DNA of 63,323 nt, counting the filler, from Folioceros fuciformis (lineage: Eukaryota), in the NCBI GenBank assembly GCA_049999805.1. It is 5 parts of 5 records of this genome, joined end to end, with 100 filler letters (N's around TTAATTAATTAA, not from the genome) between each part and the next. Parts side by side here need not be neighbours in the genome. Positions count along the whole stretch, not along the records: positions 46,519 to 54,161 come from JBNGIO010005805.1; positions 54,262 to 63,323 come from JBNGIO010005806.1; 3 more parts are not named here. One strand, 5' to 3'. The notes under the pieces are model-generated. The model did not search any database and was not told the origin of the DNA. It saw only the letters and a program-made list of their open reading frames with translations. Position numbers and translations under genes: made by a program. The number at the start of each line of letters is the position of its first letter. Positions within the stretch are counted from its first letter, which is position 1. Below are positions 46,910 to 60,500 of this stretch, piece after piece.

Positions 46910-49660
46910 TGTTAAATATAAAAGGATAAGGCAAGTTAGGCTTTGAAACATGAATCGTCATCTAGAGTCATCTATATAGTAAGCCAAATGTGAACTCATA
47001 ATTTTATTTTATTTTTATAATATAATTTATCTTTTCTGCTCCTCGCAAAATAAACATGGTATCATAGCTTTGCTTTGGATTCTGTCTTCCATAATCATGC
47101 CGAGTCGCGGAAGCCCATGTAGGTGGTACAGAAATGGTAGCCGCAATCACCGTGGAGGACCCTTTCCTTCGCGAGCACATGTCGCTCCCCTAGAAGCAAT
47201 TCTAGACGTGCATGAGTAGAATTTCACCTACAAGTAGCTAAAGGACTCCTCTGACAAACACTCTATATGAGGACCCAACCTACATCAAGGACGGCTTGCC
47301 AGAAATCATATGGTGGACGGTCTGTGCAGAGAGAGATTGGCAAGAAGGAGGCAAGACTTTGATCTGCCCCACAGTTGGCCAACAAATTATCAAGGCCCCT
47401 GCCACTCTGAACCACCATGCGATTACCCTGCACCCGGCGACAAGAGAAATCAAGATGTCATGGCCACATTACTTGCAAGCATCACTAGGGTTGAGAAATC
47501 CTTATCTATACTGCTGTTGAATGAGGAAGTGATCAAGACCAAAGTCTATCACTTGGATAACCTGTCAAGACGAGCAACCACAGCGATAGCAAGTTCGATT
47601 AAATACCAGATCAATGAAATCGTTGATCTCATAAAGGAGATTGAGCTTGGGCGCCATCGAGAGGAGAGAAAACACAAGATCTCTCCCCCTGCTGGAGATT
47701 GCATCTTTTGACCCTTTTTCCGCTGCAGACAGCAGGAGCACTGAGCGCCTAAACAGCGAGAGTTGAAACGTCACCAACCTTGATGAAGCGTCGCTTAGCA
47801 TCTTCCATGTCACTCGAGCGGTCATCAAGCTGGGGTGCTGGCCACTCTTCGAATCTCAAGACCTCATAATTCAGGACCCACCGGTCACGCCTCTTCACAT
47901 GACCTGGACACGCAGCAGTTAGTTAGGTTCTTCTTTTCATCAAGAGTTTATTTTATAACTTAATGACTAGCATACATTGTGAAGCGTCTAGATTACCTTC
48001 ATATGTTCCTTCGGTTGATTGAGATTGCCGAACCCTTGGCCTCTAATCCTTGCTTTGCTAGGAAGGATTAGTGTTAAGTCTGTGTCAGGACAGACGGATA
48101 GCTCCAGGTTCCCCTGTGTATCCTGGCATAAACCCAACACCTCCCTCCCTGCGAACCAAGTATTCGAAGTCCTACAAGAAAGCTCACGAACACTGCAACA
48201 TTGTTTTTAGTGTCCCCTTTTCCACGAGTCATAACTCAAGGAAGGTCACTTTACGCATGAACCCAGCGTCTCTAGATCAACTTACAAAACAACTTGGTCG
48301 TCTTAACTCACAGTCCGGGTAGAACACCACCTTGCCAATGGCTTTTAACTTGGGACTGTCCCCAAGTCTTGCAGGACCATCTTTCACTTTAGAGCTTAAG
48401 GAAAAGCACCGATTTAATGGAACACGATACCAAGTTTGGAAAGTTCGAATGAAGTCCACTCTTGTAGCGTCTGGCATCTGGAGCATGGTCGACGCTACAT
48501 TTAAGAAACCTGACCCCAACTCATTGCCTCCCCTGTCAGTCAGTGACATCCAAAATGGGACCAAATGAACTCAATAGCACTTGCCCTACTTATCAGAGGC
48601 CTGGATGTTGACCTCGTACCTGATGTCGAGTATCTCACCAGTGCTTCCGAGATCTAGGATGAACTTGCAGCCACATATGGAGTACAGAATATTCTTACCT
48701 TGTGTGCAGCCAAGCAGGAATTCTATGGGCTGCGTATGAGGGAGGGAGACAAAGTGGCATCTCATGTCACCAAGTTCTGCCACCTGTGAGCTCAAATAGT
48801 TGCCCTCGGCTGCAAGATGGACGAGGTAGAGGCTATTGCTCAACTATTGAGCAGCCTCCCTTCCTCCCACCAAAACTTTATCTCCACACAGAATGGACCC
48901 ATTCGGACTGCTCATCAGGCATCCTCTACTGGTACTCCTATCAACATTAAGCTTGAAGAAGTTATTGGTGCTTTGTTTTAGGAAGAGCAAGGGTGCCTAT
49001 TTGCAACTGGTGGATCTCGAAGTAAAGCTGACAAAGTACTTACCGCTCGGTTTAAGAAATCGAAGGGTAGAGCGCTTGATGGTTGAGCTGATGGGGCCCC
49101 ATTCCCTCCAGCAGCGCCCAAACGGACAGGGAACTATAACTGGTGTGGTGCCGCTGGACATTGGGCACGTGAGTGCCGCAAGAAGAAAGGCGGTGAACCA
49201 CAACGATCACAGCCCACAAGACCATCAGCGAACGTTGTTGTCAAGGAGAAAGGAGAAAACTCTAAGGCTACAGTGACGATACTCATAGTTTGTATGAGGA
49301 CTTCATCGCATGGCAGAGATGACTGGTTCCTAGACTTAGGAGCCACTGCACATATCTGCAACAACAAAGATTTATTCTCTAGTTTGACAGTGTGTCTAAT
49401 GAAGGATAAAGTCTTACTTGGTGATGAAAGGAGTGACACTAGCCTCCGAGTTGAAGAACATGGGGAATGTACCTTCATTCTCGATGACAACACAGTTTTG
49501 AAGGTTGCCGGAGTTCTATTTGTACCTGCGATGACCAAGAATCTTCTGTCAATGAGCAAGATCATGCAGCTCCGGACGTATGAGATACGTGTCGCTGATG
49601 ATGCCTGCTGCTTTTACATGAAGAATTCCTCTGGTGCATGTGCATTTGCCTTCATAGGAG
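46910..49660 (+). mobile_element. 5' part of a Ty1/Copia element (same family as 28137-30655): LTR, PBS, ~1.3 kb leader, decayed gag-protease
   Basis: LTR 46910-47056 (TGTT..AACA); PBS TGGTATCATAGC at 47057-47068. Gag FNGTRYQVWKVRMK..SGIW, NILTLC..LRMREGDK, NWCGAAGHWAREC; protease WFLDLGATAHIC..VLFVPAMTKNLLS. Confidence 0.87.
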
Positions 49661-49667
49661 AGTGGTC

Positions 49668-52600
49668 TACCTCATGCCCATGAGTGTGAGAGCTTATGCT
49701 AATTGCTCCGAAGAGAGCCCCTTGGTAAGAACATATGCAGGGTTCTGACTTGTGTGAACTTTGACAAGTTGTACCCTCTTGTCTTCCAACACCTCTCGAA
49801 TGAAGTGATACTTCACTTCCACATGTTTGGTCTTCGCATGAAACACTGGATTCTTCGCCAATTGGATAGCACTCTGGCTATCGCAATGCAACACTGGCAG
49901 CTTAACCTTGATTCCCAAATCTCCCACTAGACGAGCAAGCCACATGGCTTCCTTGCATGCCTCAGTCGCTGCAACATACTCGGCCTCTGTAGTAGATAGC
50001 ATTATGCACGATTGCAAACTCGATCGCCATGAGACTGCCCCTCCAGTGCACATGAAGACATAACCTGATGTGGACCTCCTTTTGTCCATATCCCCTGCAT
50101 AATCAGCATTCGTATATCCCACGACAAATGCATCTTCACTACCAAAACATATGCACAAAGCTTTTGTACCATTCAAGTACTTCATAACTCCTTTCACTGC
50201 CTCCCAATGCTTCCTACCAGGGTTTGACATAAACCTGCTAACCACTCCCACTGCAAATGCAATGTTAGGACGTGTAGCAATCATTGCATACATCAAACTC
50301 TCCACAGCTGATGAGTATGAAACCTTCTCCATTTCAGCTTTGTGCTCCGCAAAGCTTGGGCAATCTTTGCTCGAAAGTTTCATATATGGAGGCAACAGAG
50401 TACTCAATACCTTCCCGTTCTCCATATTGAAACATTGAAGCACCTTGTTAATGTATTCAGTCTGAGACAAGTAAAGCAAATGCATCTATTTGTCTCGACG
50501 AATACGCATGCCAAGAATATGGCTTGCCTCTCCCAAGCTTGTCATGTCAAAGCGACCATTCAAGTTTGACTTCAACGCTGAAATCTCATCACTGTTAGTC
50601 CCAGCAATTAGCATATCATCCACATAGAGGACCAAAATGAGCAAGCTTGCATCCTTAGCTTGCTTCGTATAGAGGCAATGATCCTCATCGCTACGTTTGT
50701 AGCCTTGAGAAAGCATAAACGAGTGGAATTTGAAGTACCACTCCCGGGCTGCTTGCTTCAAACCATAAAGGCTCTTCTTTAACCTGCACACCAGATTCTC
50801 TTTGCCTTTCTCAATGAAACCCTCTAGTTGCTGCATGTATACCTCTTCCTGGAGATCACCATGTAGAAATGCCGACTTCACATCCATCTGGACAAGTTCC
50901 ATGTGGTGCCTCGCAACCAGACCAAAAACACATCGCAAGGTGGTCATTTTGACAACTGGTGAGAAAATCTCATAAAAGTCAATACCTTGCTATTGCTTAA
51001 AACCCTTCGCAACCAATCGTGCCTTGTACTGGGGTTTGCCATAATGGGGTATGTCCTTCATCTTATACACCTACATTTGCATGGCAACGCCTTCTTGCCC
51101 GTAGGCAACCGAACCAACTCCCAAGTTTGGTTCTTACGAAGCAAATCCATCTGCGACTACATCGCCTTCTCCCACTTGTCCTTGTTAGTCACTGCCATGG
51201 CCTCTTGATAACAAGAGGGCTCGCCACAATCTGTCAGCATGACATAATCAAGAGATGCAACATACCTGTCAGGAGGACGTAAAATCCTTCCTGACCTACG
51301 AAGCACTGGCGTCTCGACCGGAGCTGGTTGCACTCTCTCCTCTTGCACAAGTGGAGGAACTTGTTCTTGCACATCACGACGTTCCACCTGCGTAGGACAG
51401 TCAAATCCATCTTCTTGAAAGACCACCCGTCGCACCTCCACAGTTGGAGTAGGCTTCTTGTGCATCTTGGTCTCATTGAAGAACACGTCATTACTGCGAA
51501 CCATCCGCTTGGCTTTTGGATCCCATAGACGGTATCCCCTCTCACTAGATTCACCATAGCCAAGAAAAATACATTTCTTGGAGTTGGGTGCCAACTTGTC
51601 CCGAAACTCCTTCGGAACATGGTAGTACGCCTCGCAGCCAAAACACTCGTAGATGCTTGTATAACAGCTTCTTTCCAGACCACATCTCCTTTGGAACCTG
51701 TTCATCCACAGCCCTATAAGGAGATTTGTTAATAAGATGCACCGCAGTAGCCACTGCTTCTGCCCAAAATTCATTAGGCAATCCAGAGTTTGACAACAAA
51801 CTACGCATCCTGTCCTGGATGGTCCTGTTCATCCGTTCGGCCACACCATTATGGGGAGGAGTATACGGCACAGTCAATTCTCTCTTGATTCCCTTGGAAT
51901 CACAGAATGACTGGAAAGCCTTCGAGACATACTCTCCCCCATTGTCTATCCTCAGACACTTTAGCCGGAGGCCAGACTGATTCACCACAAGGGTGACGAA
52001 TTTCTGAAACACTATTAGAACATCATCCTTTTTCCTCAAAGGATAAACCCACACCTTGCGTGAGAAATCATCAATGAAAGTGACAAAATAAGATGCACTG
52101 TCTAACGATACAGTGGAAATAGGTCCACATACGTCAAGAGGTTTACTTTTGTGTTTACCTCTTGCTCCATGTGGTGACTTCGTCTATTTCCCATACAGAG
52201 AGTGCTTACACACGGAAAAATCGGAGAAGTCAAAAGCAGGGACGTAACCAAAATGAGATAGTATCTTCAATCCTTTTTGAGACATATGTCCTAATCGACT
52301 ATGCCACATCGAAACACTTGGTTGTTCCGTTACACAAATCACATGATCCTTGACAGTGGTTACCTGAAGTGAGTACAAAGTGCCACACTTCGATCCACGA
52401 GCTAACACAAGAGAACCTTTGGAGATCTTCCAAGAACGATCTCCAAACCAACAATGGTAGCCAGCGTCATCCAACTGCCCTGCGCTAATCATGCTTTTGG
52501 CCAACTTCGGAACATGCCTAACATCCTTCAGTATGAATGAAGATCCATTGTCGAACTTCAGCTGCACATCATCAACGCCTGCAATCTCGCATGCGTAGTT

Positions 52601-54161
52601 ATTTCCAAGTCGTACACATCCTTTCCTAGTAGCACCATATGTGCTAAACCACTCCCTATGCGGAGTAACATGGAAAGATGCTCCAGAGTCAATTATCCAA
52701 TTAGAGAATAAGTGACTCTCCACATCTGTCAATTGTGCAGAATCGAAGGAAGAAGAGATAAGAACATCTCCATCGTCAACAGAATTCACCTCGTTAGGCT
52801 TGGATTTGCCTTGTTGTCGCTCTACTGCTTCTCCTTGCCTTCGTCCTTCTTGAACTTCTCTCAGTCCCTTCTGATGTGACCCTTCTTGTGACAATGGTAA
52901 CACTCAACATTGTTACGACTACGAGACTTACTACGGGAACGACTTCGCTCCTTGTACTTCCCCTTTGAAGTGGACCTTCCTCTCACCATGAGGGCATTGG
53001 AACCTTTCGAAGGTTCCATATTCTTCCTGTTCACCTCCTCTGTTAATAGGCTACCTTCTACATTTACAACGGTAAGACCATTGGCAGGAGCGGAATTACT
53101 CAGAGCTGTACGAAAGGTGTCCCAGCTCTCTGGTAATGTGACCAACAGAAACATAACTCTCACGGAATCTGGAAGCGAGATACCTTGAGATGAGAGCTAG
53201 CTGAAAATGGTATTGAACTCATTCAGATGATCGGACATCCTCGTCCCTTCCTTCATCTTCAAGTCCACCAGCTGTTTTAACCAGTACACCTGAGAAGCCG
53301 CACTTTGCTTCTCGTACATGTCACATAACTTCTGCCATAGCTCGTAGCTTGTGGTCTTGTCTTTCACGTTGAAGTAGACCGACTTCGACAATGTTAGTTT
53401 GGTGGTAGACCTAGCAAGCTCATTTAGGTCCTGCCACTCATCCTGAGTCATGCTAACAGGTTTCACTCCTAGCGACTTTATCGGCTTGATCTGCTTCTTC
53501 AGGTCTAGAACATTATACATTTGTTGTTTCGAGAACGGGAAGTTAGTACCATCTAACTTCTCAATATTGAACATGACGTTTTCTAAGGACGCCATGTTTC
53601 AAAAACGATGCAAATCAAGCAAAATGCTAGTTAGAAACTGTCGAAATGTAATGTAGATTCTGTTACCCTCACTCTCGTTTTGAATCGGCTGTCCACAAGT
53701 CGACTAGACAGGCCTAAATCATCCGACTAAGATGTCGCCGCCTCGTGGCCGGGATTCAGCTAGCTTGAGCTCGCGTTGTTCGCACCCCGATGCCCACGCT
53801 CGCGTGGCCCGCGCTTGTGTCTCTCTCGTCACTCGCGGTGTCCGTCGTCCGGCGTTCGCGACACTCTTTGGCCCCGTGGTTCGTTGGCCTGAACGCGTCG
53901 TGGCGCCGATGGCATGGCCAACGGCGTCTGCTTAGGCATGGCACCCGCGGCGCTTGTCAGACGCAGCGCCTGCGCCCCGGACGTCCACGGCCCGTGCTTC
54001 GGGCGTCTAGGCCTGGCGCGGCCAAGCGTCCCTGCCTCTAGCGCCCGCTGCGCCTGGCGGGCGGGTCTGGCCTCTTCAGCTGAGCTAGGCATCCTGCAGG
54101 CCGGGTCGGGCGCCCCGCGGGCTGGCGCCTGCCGCTCCTGGCGGAGCATGCCAGCCGGGGC
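49668..54161 (-). mobile_element. Near full-length decayed Ty1/Copia element (Tnt1-like) with a GC-rich 5' leader; LTRs not visible
   Basis: Gag MASLENVMFNIEKLDGTNF.. from 53595, CYHCHKKGHIRRDC, WIIDSGASFH, WHSRLGHMS, integrase LRIDNGGEY..PYTPPHNGVAERMNRT, RT QMDVKSAFLHG..LYGLKQA..YVDDML, RNaseH STTEAEY..FHAKTKHVEVKYH. Confidence 0.94.
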
Positions 54162-54261
54162 NNNNNNNNNNNNNNNNNNNNNNNNNNNNNNNNNNNNNNN
54201 NNNNNTTAATTAATTAANNNNNNNNNNNNNNNNNNNNNNNNNNNNNNNNNNNNNNNNNNNN
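54162..54261. other. Artificial contig linker
   Basis: 44N-TTAATTAATTAA-44N. Confidence 0.95.
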
Positions 54262-54639
54262 CATGAGCAACATCTCTGCAGGCTGGCTGTGCATTGTCTC
54301 TTCGTCGATGACCACTGCACAGGCGATGTTTGTCTTCACGGTCGAGTCGTGCGATTTACACAACTAGCTACGTTTCATCCCTTGTTTGATTGTCCCTCAC
54401 AAGACAAGACCTGATTTGGCCAGGCATGGTAGCAAGAGCTCGTCCATGAAGCTTACTTGGTGAAACAAGAAACGAGAAAAAGTATGTAAAGAATTTCGTT
54501 TTAGTATCAAATTATTGATAATTTTATCAATACATGTTAATCTATGCAATTTTAGCTATCTATGCATTGGATTGGACTAGGGTGGGGAGTGAGGTACTAG
54601 GTCGGGAGCACCGCTCGTGAAGGCTTTGTCTACATGGCA

Positions 54640-54755
54640 TACCGCACTCTCTGCTGCATAGTGGAGACATATCGCACTCTTTGCTGCATAGTGGAGACNN
54701 NNNNNNNNTTGCTGCATAGTGGAGACATATCGCACTCTTTGCTGCATAGTGGAGA
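54640..54755. repeat. 30-bp minisatellite (GCACTCTTTGCTGCATAGTGGAGACATATC), collapsed around a 10-N gap
   Basis: Copies at 54644, 54674 and beyond the gap. Confidence 0.85.
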
Positions 54756-57309
54756 ACACAAGGATACGAGGAAGGGAGGAGGTGAGCCATTCTTATGGCA
54801 GAGAGTGCATCCTACCCAACTGAATACATGCGTAGATGGGTAACATCAGCTGCGTTTTGCCGACGTGTTTGTAACCCACGAACATTGTCATGTTCCTCAT
54901 TTACGAGGCCGTCCTGCCAGCCCAAGCTCGTAACCCGAGACCAGCAGGTGACGTTTCGTCTGGTGAGCATGGTTCGACAAGTGATAATGTTGGCCTTACC
55001 TCTCGGGTTTAGGGAATCACGGAGTACGGGGTTTCATAAACGGCCGCATTCTAGCGGTGCAAACACGGATTTGTCACAAACACAATCCTCAAATGATGCA
55101 AGGCAGAGCCGAAGTGGCGGGAAACTGGGCTATTCACAGTTGTAGACATTGGTGCTGGTGGGGGCCGACCGCCGGTGTGGCTACATGGTTGCATCCAAAC
55201 TCCTTTATACAAGCATCTACATTTCCCATCATGTGGACATCGACGGAACAAAGATGACCCCTACTTCCCTCTCACCCGATCCACTCCCTCCCCCCATCTG
55301 TAGCACCAGCACGCCCACTTGGGTGTCACATTGAACACATATGCCATTCTAGTGAAGTTAAGTTGCCATGCATCTCCCTTGCAATGGCATGCTCGTCGAC
55401 CACAAATTTGCCCAGATAGGCTCCTCCTCACCGATCCTTGTAACTAGCCCAAGTCAGGATCATATGCGCAGTCGCTTTTGCGTCTTCAGTCCTTGCAGGC
55501 ATCAGCCAAGTGACCTAGTGCGCCTTCAGTCGTAGGTGCATCTTCAATCCTCAGTGTGTCTGCAATCGTAGGTGCATCATCGCATGCAGAGATGCAGAGG
55601 TTCTCAGTCATGGTGAAGGCACTATCCGCCGTTCGCATCGAGCAAGAGCGACGGTTCAAGGACATTTTCACATTGCAAGTTGAGGCTGGCTTGGAGTGCC
55701 AACAGCTCTTTGACAACTTCCACCAATGGGAGGGTAGAGGAGGTCCATTCCCCCCAATGCGCGTCTTGTACGCCACGAGATACGGGAAGCAAGGGGATGC
55801 CCTGCAGGAACTGGGGACAATTGACGCGAGTGGGCCAACTCTGCGTTGCATTAGGGAGGCGTGGAGGCAGTTCTAGGAGATGCCTATGTTTGTGGATGTG
55901 GTCTTCGAAAGGAACATGGCAGAGGGGGCAACTGTGTTCAATGTTAGCCCAGGCCATCATCAGACACGCTACAGCAATGCATGGTGAGGCAAACATGAAG
56001 TTCTGACGCAGTCCAAGCTAATGTTGACATCACTTGTCCGTCCCATATGCATGTGTTGCTTGCAGGCTATGTTCTTCGGGCACCTTGTGTACCTAGTGCT
56101 GTCGTGTGGGTTGCAGGTAAGTAGGCCAATGTCCTTCGTCACCCTTGCACACACCTTAGGCAGCCAGAGGGATGGAGTTCACAAATAGTGGAGGGATGTC
56201 GGCAACAAGAAGGTTCTGAAGCGAGCATTCAAGGCTGACATGGTGGCTACCCATCCCCAACTAATGGCCGTCCTGAAGATGCTGAAGTGAGCTGCGCGAG
56301 AGAGCACAATGTAACAGGAGGGTGCCATTTCAGCCGTAGTCGCTTTGATGGCTGAGAGGCTGCCTGACTTTTTCAAACACGTTGCTGAGCTAAAGCTAGC
56401 TCAAGGCCTTGGGAAGCAAGTCACTCGCATAACACGGAAGCTCATGGAGCAGCATCTGTTTTCTCGATCGCTACATGTTGGCAGTTGGGAGGGAGAGGGA
56501 TTTTGACATGTGGTGTACATCTTGGACAAGAGGGCCATGCTGTAGTGCTTAGGGGAGTGCACATTTGAAGCCGTTACTCGCTTTTTCATTGCAACTCTAA
56601 GCTGTAGGGCAGACACGTTTCTGATTGTAGTGCGTTTGGAGGCATGCATCCCCCAGCTTGTGGAGATGTTCAAGAAGACCATTCGAGGCATGACATTTGG
56701 AGATAGGGCTCGCCTGTACACCTTCGTCAACGATCGTATGTATTTCTCTAAGGCGGTGACCATAGTGGTGAGGCAAGTGCCGATGCGGTCTCATGGGCAG
56801 TTGCCGCAAGCTAGAACCTGCTCAAGAACCCTCCTCCTTCCACTCTTCGAGTCAAAGGTAGTCATGGCCGTCCGTCTGGGTGAAGCCATCCGCATCAACT
56901 CTGTGTATGGGAACCCATGAACTACAGTGTCATTGGCCCTATCTCATGTTAGATGCAATAACATGGCTTAAAACTTGACGCCCACGTGCTTTCCAACCAT
57001 ATGGAGTGAGAAACCCCAGTCCTGTGCATCTGAGGGGTTTGCCACACAATCCACTGGTGTCGGGCCGCACACCTAGCCTTATCACAGGGGGATGCTGGGC
57101 GCGCACCTTACATCTCGCAGGAGATGATGAGTGTGCGCCTAGCAGCCTACAAGGCACAAGGCTGAGCGCCCGCCCTAGCGTACCTAAGGCACATGCTGGG
57201 CGCACGACCAGAAACATTGCGTAGCAACATTGTTGGGCGTGCGCCCAGCACCGAGTGAGGCATGGGTCCTGGGTGCGCGCCCAGAATCTTGTGAGGGAGA
57301 TGTGCCCAA

Positions 57310-57580
57310 ATGAAGAGGGCACCTACCATTGAAACCCCCGTAATGTGGCTTCGATTGCGGATTGTGTAATGAAGAGGGAACCTACCATTGAAACCCCCGT
57401 AATGTGGCTTCGATTGCGGATTGTGTAATGAAGAGGGCACCTACCATTGAAACCCCCGTAATGTGGCTTCGATTGTGGATTGTGTAATGAAGAGGGCACC
57501 TACCATTGAAACCCCCATAATGTGGCTTCGATTGCAGATTGTGTAATGAAGAGGGCGCCTACCAGTGAAACCCCCATAAC
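57310..57580. repeat. 59-bp minisatellite, ~4.5 copies
   Basis: ATGAAGAGGGCACCTACCATTGAAACCCCCGTAATGTGGCTTCGATTGCGGATTGTGTA at 57310, 57369, 57428, 57487 and partially at 57546. Confidence 0.92.
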
Positions 57581-60500
57581 GAGTAATGTTCATGGCAATA
57601 GTAGAGGCCGAAGTGGGAAGGTGGGTTAAGGAAAAAAAATGTCAAAATTTTCCACAAAAAATGTAGAGTACGTGCCATAGAGTTGTAGATAGGCTATAGT
57701 GTGTCGAGAGTCATGTGCCGACATATTCTTATGAGATTGGCAAGAATAAATATGAATATATAAGTAGGACAAGGAACTTGGGAGGCCCGTTGCAAGCTTC
57801 ATTCAATCATAACGACCATGTCATCATGCCGTCATGCAAGAAACCAAGCTTTGCTTCGTTTCGTTTATATCAATGTTTCATGTAGTGTCCTCCTGCCTAG
57901 GTGATATGTTTTTCCAGCACACCAAAAGGGCTGTGAGCTGGAGCGCATTAAGCAAGAACCCTACTAGAATAGATCTAAACATGCGTGCATCATGCACGAT
58001 ACAAACAGTAATGGGCCTCATCCATTGCGCATCTATCACACTACATCCAACAATGGGACTCAGCTTGCATCCCTCAATTTCGATAGGTGCAACAACGAGT
58101 AACTACATGAATCACGACAAGCAGAGGATTGTCGTGCAAATCAGCAAGGTGGCAACATGTAGGGAGTTTAGGGAAGGACAGTCCTGCATATGCCTTGTCC
58201 TAGCAGTCTGGCAATTGAAGAACAACTGCATGAAAAAGAAAGTGAGTCATGGTCATAGGAGTAAGTTTGAGACGATGAAGCACCTACATCTTCCCCCCAA
58301 CTGTTTTCCTATGCCACGAGAACGAAAGTTGCAGTGTAAGCAACTGGGCCAGCATAGGGTACACGTGTTGCTGGAAGTTCCACCGGTACACTTTCGCACC
58401 TTTCGAAGGGCCACATAGAAAACCAGGTCTGTATGTATGACACTTGAGTACAACATGTCACAAGTCCCGACCTCCATAGCATATTGTTGTCAGGAATCAA
58501 GCAAGTATGAAGCATAACCTTTCATCTGGTCATGGCTTCATGTCCAGTAATCTAAACCCTCATGGCCCGTGGTACATCACCAAGGACTTGTAGCCATCCA
58601 TTTGGTAATGAAAACATCCCACTTTACACAAATGGGTCCCCTTACTCTCTCTCCCTAGCATACCCTACGTATCATATACTAGCCCTCCCTCGCATAGCCA
58701 TGCCTAGCCAACCCAAGGAACTACACGACTGGCCTCACCCTTCGGAGTGAGTTGCTGTACCCTCTCCTTCAAGTTGCCTAGTCCAGTCTGCATGTTGGCC
58801 TTTAGTGAGTTCAGGCACTCCACGAGCCCTCATGGCAAGCTTTCTACAGATGTGTCCCCATGGCTGCACGTGTCAAAAGGAGTGGGGGAGTGCGAAGATT
58901 GTATACGCCACTGAAGTGAGCATAGTGACGTGGGCATGTAGAAGACAAGCATAGAGTGGACACCCTTCCATATATTCCCATCATGAGTAGGCTTCAAAGC
59001 AAAATTGGTTAAGAGGGTGGCCAATGTGTGAATGGCTTGTGCACAAGGGAGCATCGTGAAAGGGCATTGTGAAGTCCTGCACATCCTAGACCCTAGTACG
59101 TGAGGCAGGAGGCAACTAGTAAGGTCGAATGCATTGCCCTTGGTGGTCCAAAGATGGTGAACCTCATGAGCTTTAGAGGAAGTTGGTATTAGGAGATTGC
59201 CATTGTATCACCATACGACGGCACGTTGGATAGGTTGCGTGGAATGTGGTGTAGGGGCGTGGTTGCCTTAATGTTCTAGTGATAAGCATATGACTTTGTT
59301 GTGAACCTGTAAGGTCAGCTGTAATCGCTAAGGTGGCTAATTCTATGCCAAATTATGAAGCTTATCACTTGCATAGAACGCTTGAAGCAGGTTGGCAAAG
59401 AACTAGCAACCCTAAACGAAAAGGGTGGTGACAAGGGACTGTGAGTATTGATGGCAACGGCCCCAAAGTCTTGGCCAAATTAAATGGCGCCAAATTCAAC
59501 CCTAGCCGTGTTGATGTGGACTATGGAGGAAACGCATGTGAACAAGGATAAAGAGGAATTGCTTGGAACAGGAGTGTACCAAAGGGGTTAGTGTAAGGAG
59601 CACCAACACGCAAAGTAAAGAAAACACAATGGCCGAGGCCTAGGAATTGCGCCATGTTGTCGAAAAGGCAAAATTGGATGCCAAGGTGGGACACAAACTC
59701 TGGGCTTTTTTTACGCGAAATGCTGTAGTGTGGAACGTCCATTGCACACTACTTGCAAAGGGGCAGACCTCACATTGCACGGTGTACGAGGAGAAGAGGT
59801 AAAGAGCACATTTCCATGAACGATAGAGATAGTTGATGGACATGCTTATGTGTGCATAAGAAAAAATAATATGACACCATTGGGTTTGTCACCATTGGGA
59901 CCCCTAGATGGTACCCTACGACCGAATGGGGCAGATTTGTGACGCCCAAAACATTGGACCATACACCGCTACGAAAAACTTTGTGTTCCACATAGCATCA
60001 CCATATCGGTATTCCATGGAACATACCCCAAGATGCCTGTCAACCCTTAAGTGCTTTAGGAATCACCAACAAGTGGCTAGTGTAGCCATACAGGTACCCG
60101 AAGGTTGCACACGGTTTACCATGGCTTAGCCTCACGACGAGCACGACATCTTGCAAAACACTTTATACACAAACAAGAATGAACCCTTGGTAGGGAAGGG
60201 GGCNNNNNNNNNNAACACTTTATACACAAACAAGAATGAACCCTTGGTAGGGAAGGGGGCTACGTGAACAGAACTACGGTACAGTCTAGACCCACCATGC
60301 ATGGAGAACGAATTGATGGTTGGTGAGCGAGAGATGGTTGTCTGCCATGAGCGGCACTTCGCCGTGGATGCACAGGTGTGTCATAACTGTTCTCACCTGC
60401 GTAGGAGCACAACTTAGAGTAGGAGAGCTCGCATTGCCTCATCCACACCCTCCTCGTTGGCGGGATGCTAAACCCGAAACTTCGATCTGAAACCCTAAAC

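Noticed and set aside
53700-54161. GC-rich ORFs
   Set aside because: High GC suppresses stop codons; the position fits the 5' leader of the Copia element.
57310-57580. 59-bp repeats as CRISPR repeat-spacer units
   Set aside because: The whole unit repeats, with no variable spacer.
58900-59300. Possible Ulp1-like protease remnant (ECGV-like motif)
   Set aside because: Too degenerate; the catalytic triad cannot be placed in a consistent frame.
60155-60260. Direct repeat flanking a 10-N gap
   Set aside because: Identical sequence on both sides of a gap is most likely an unmerged contig overlap.
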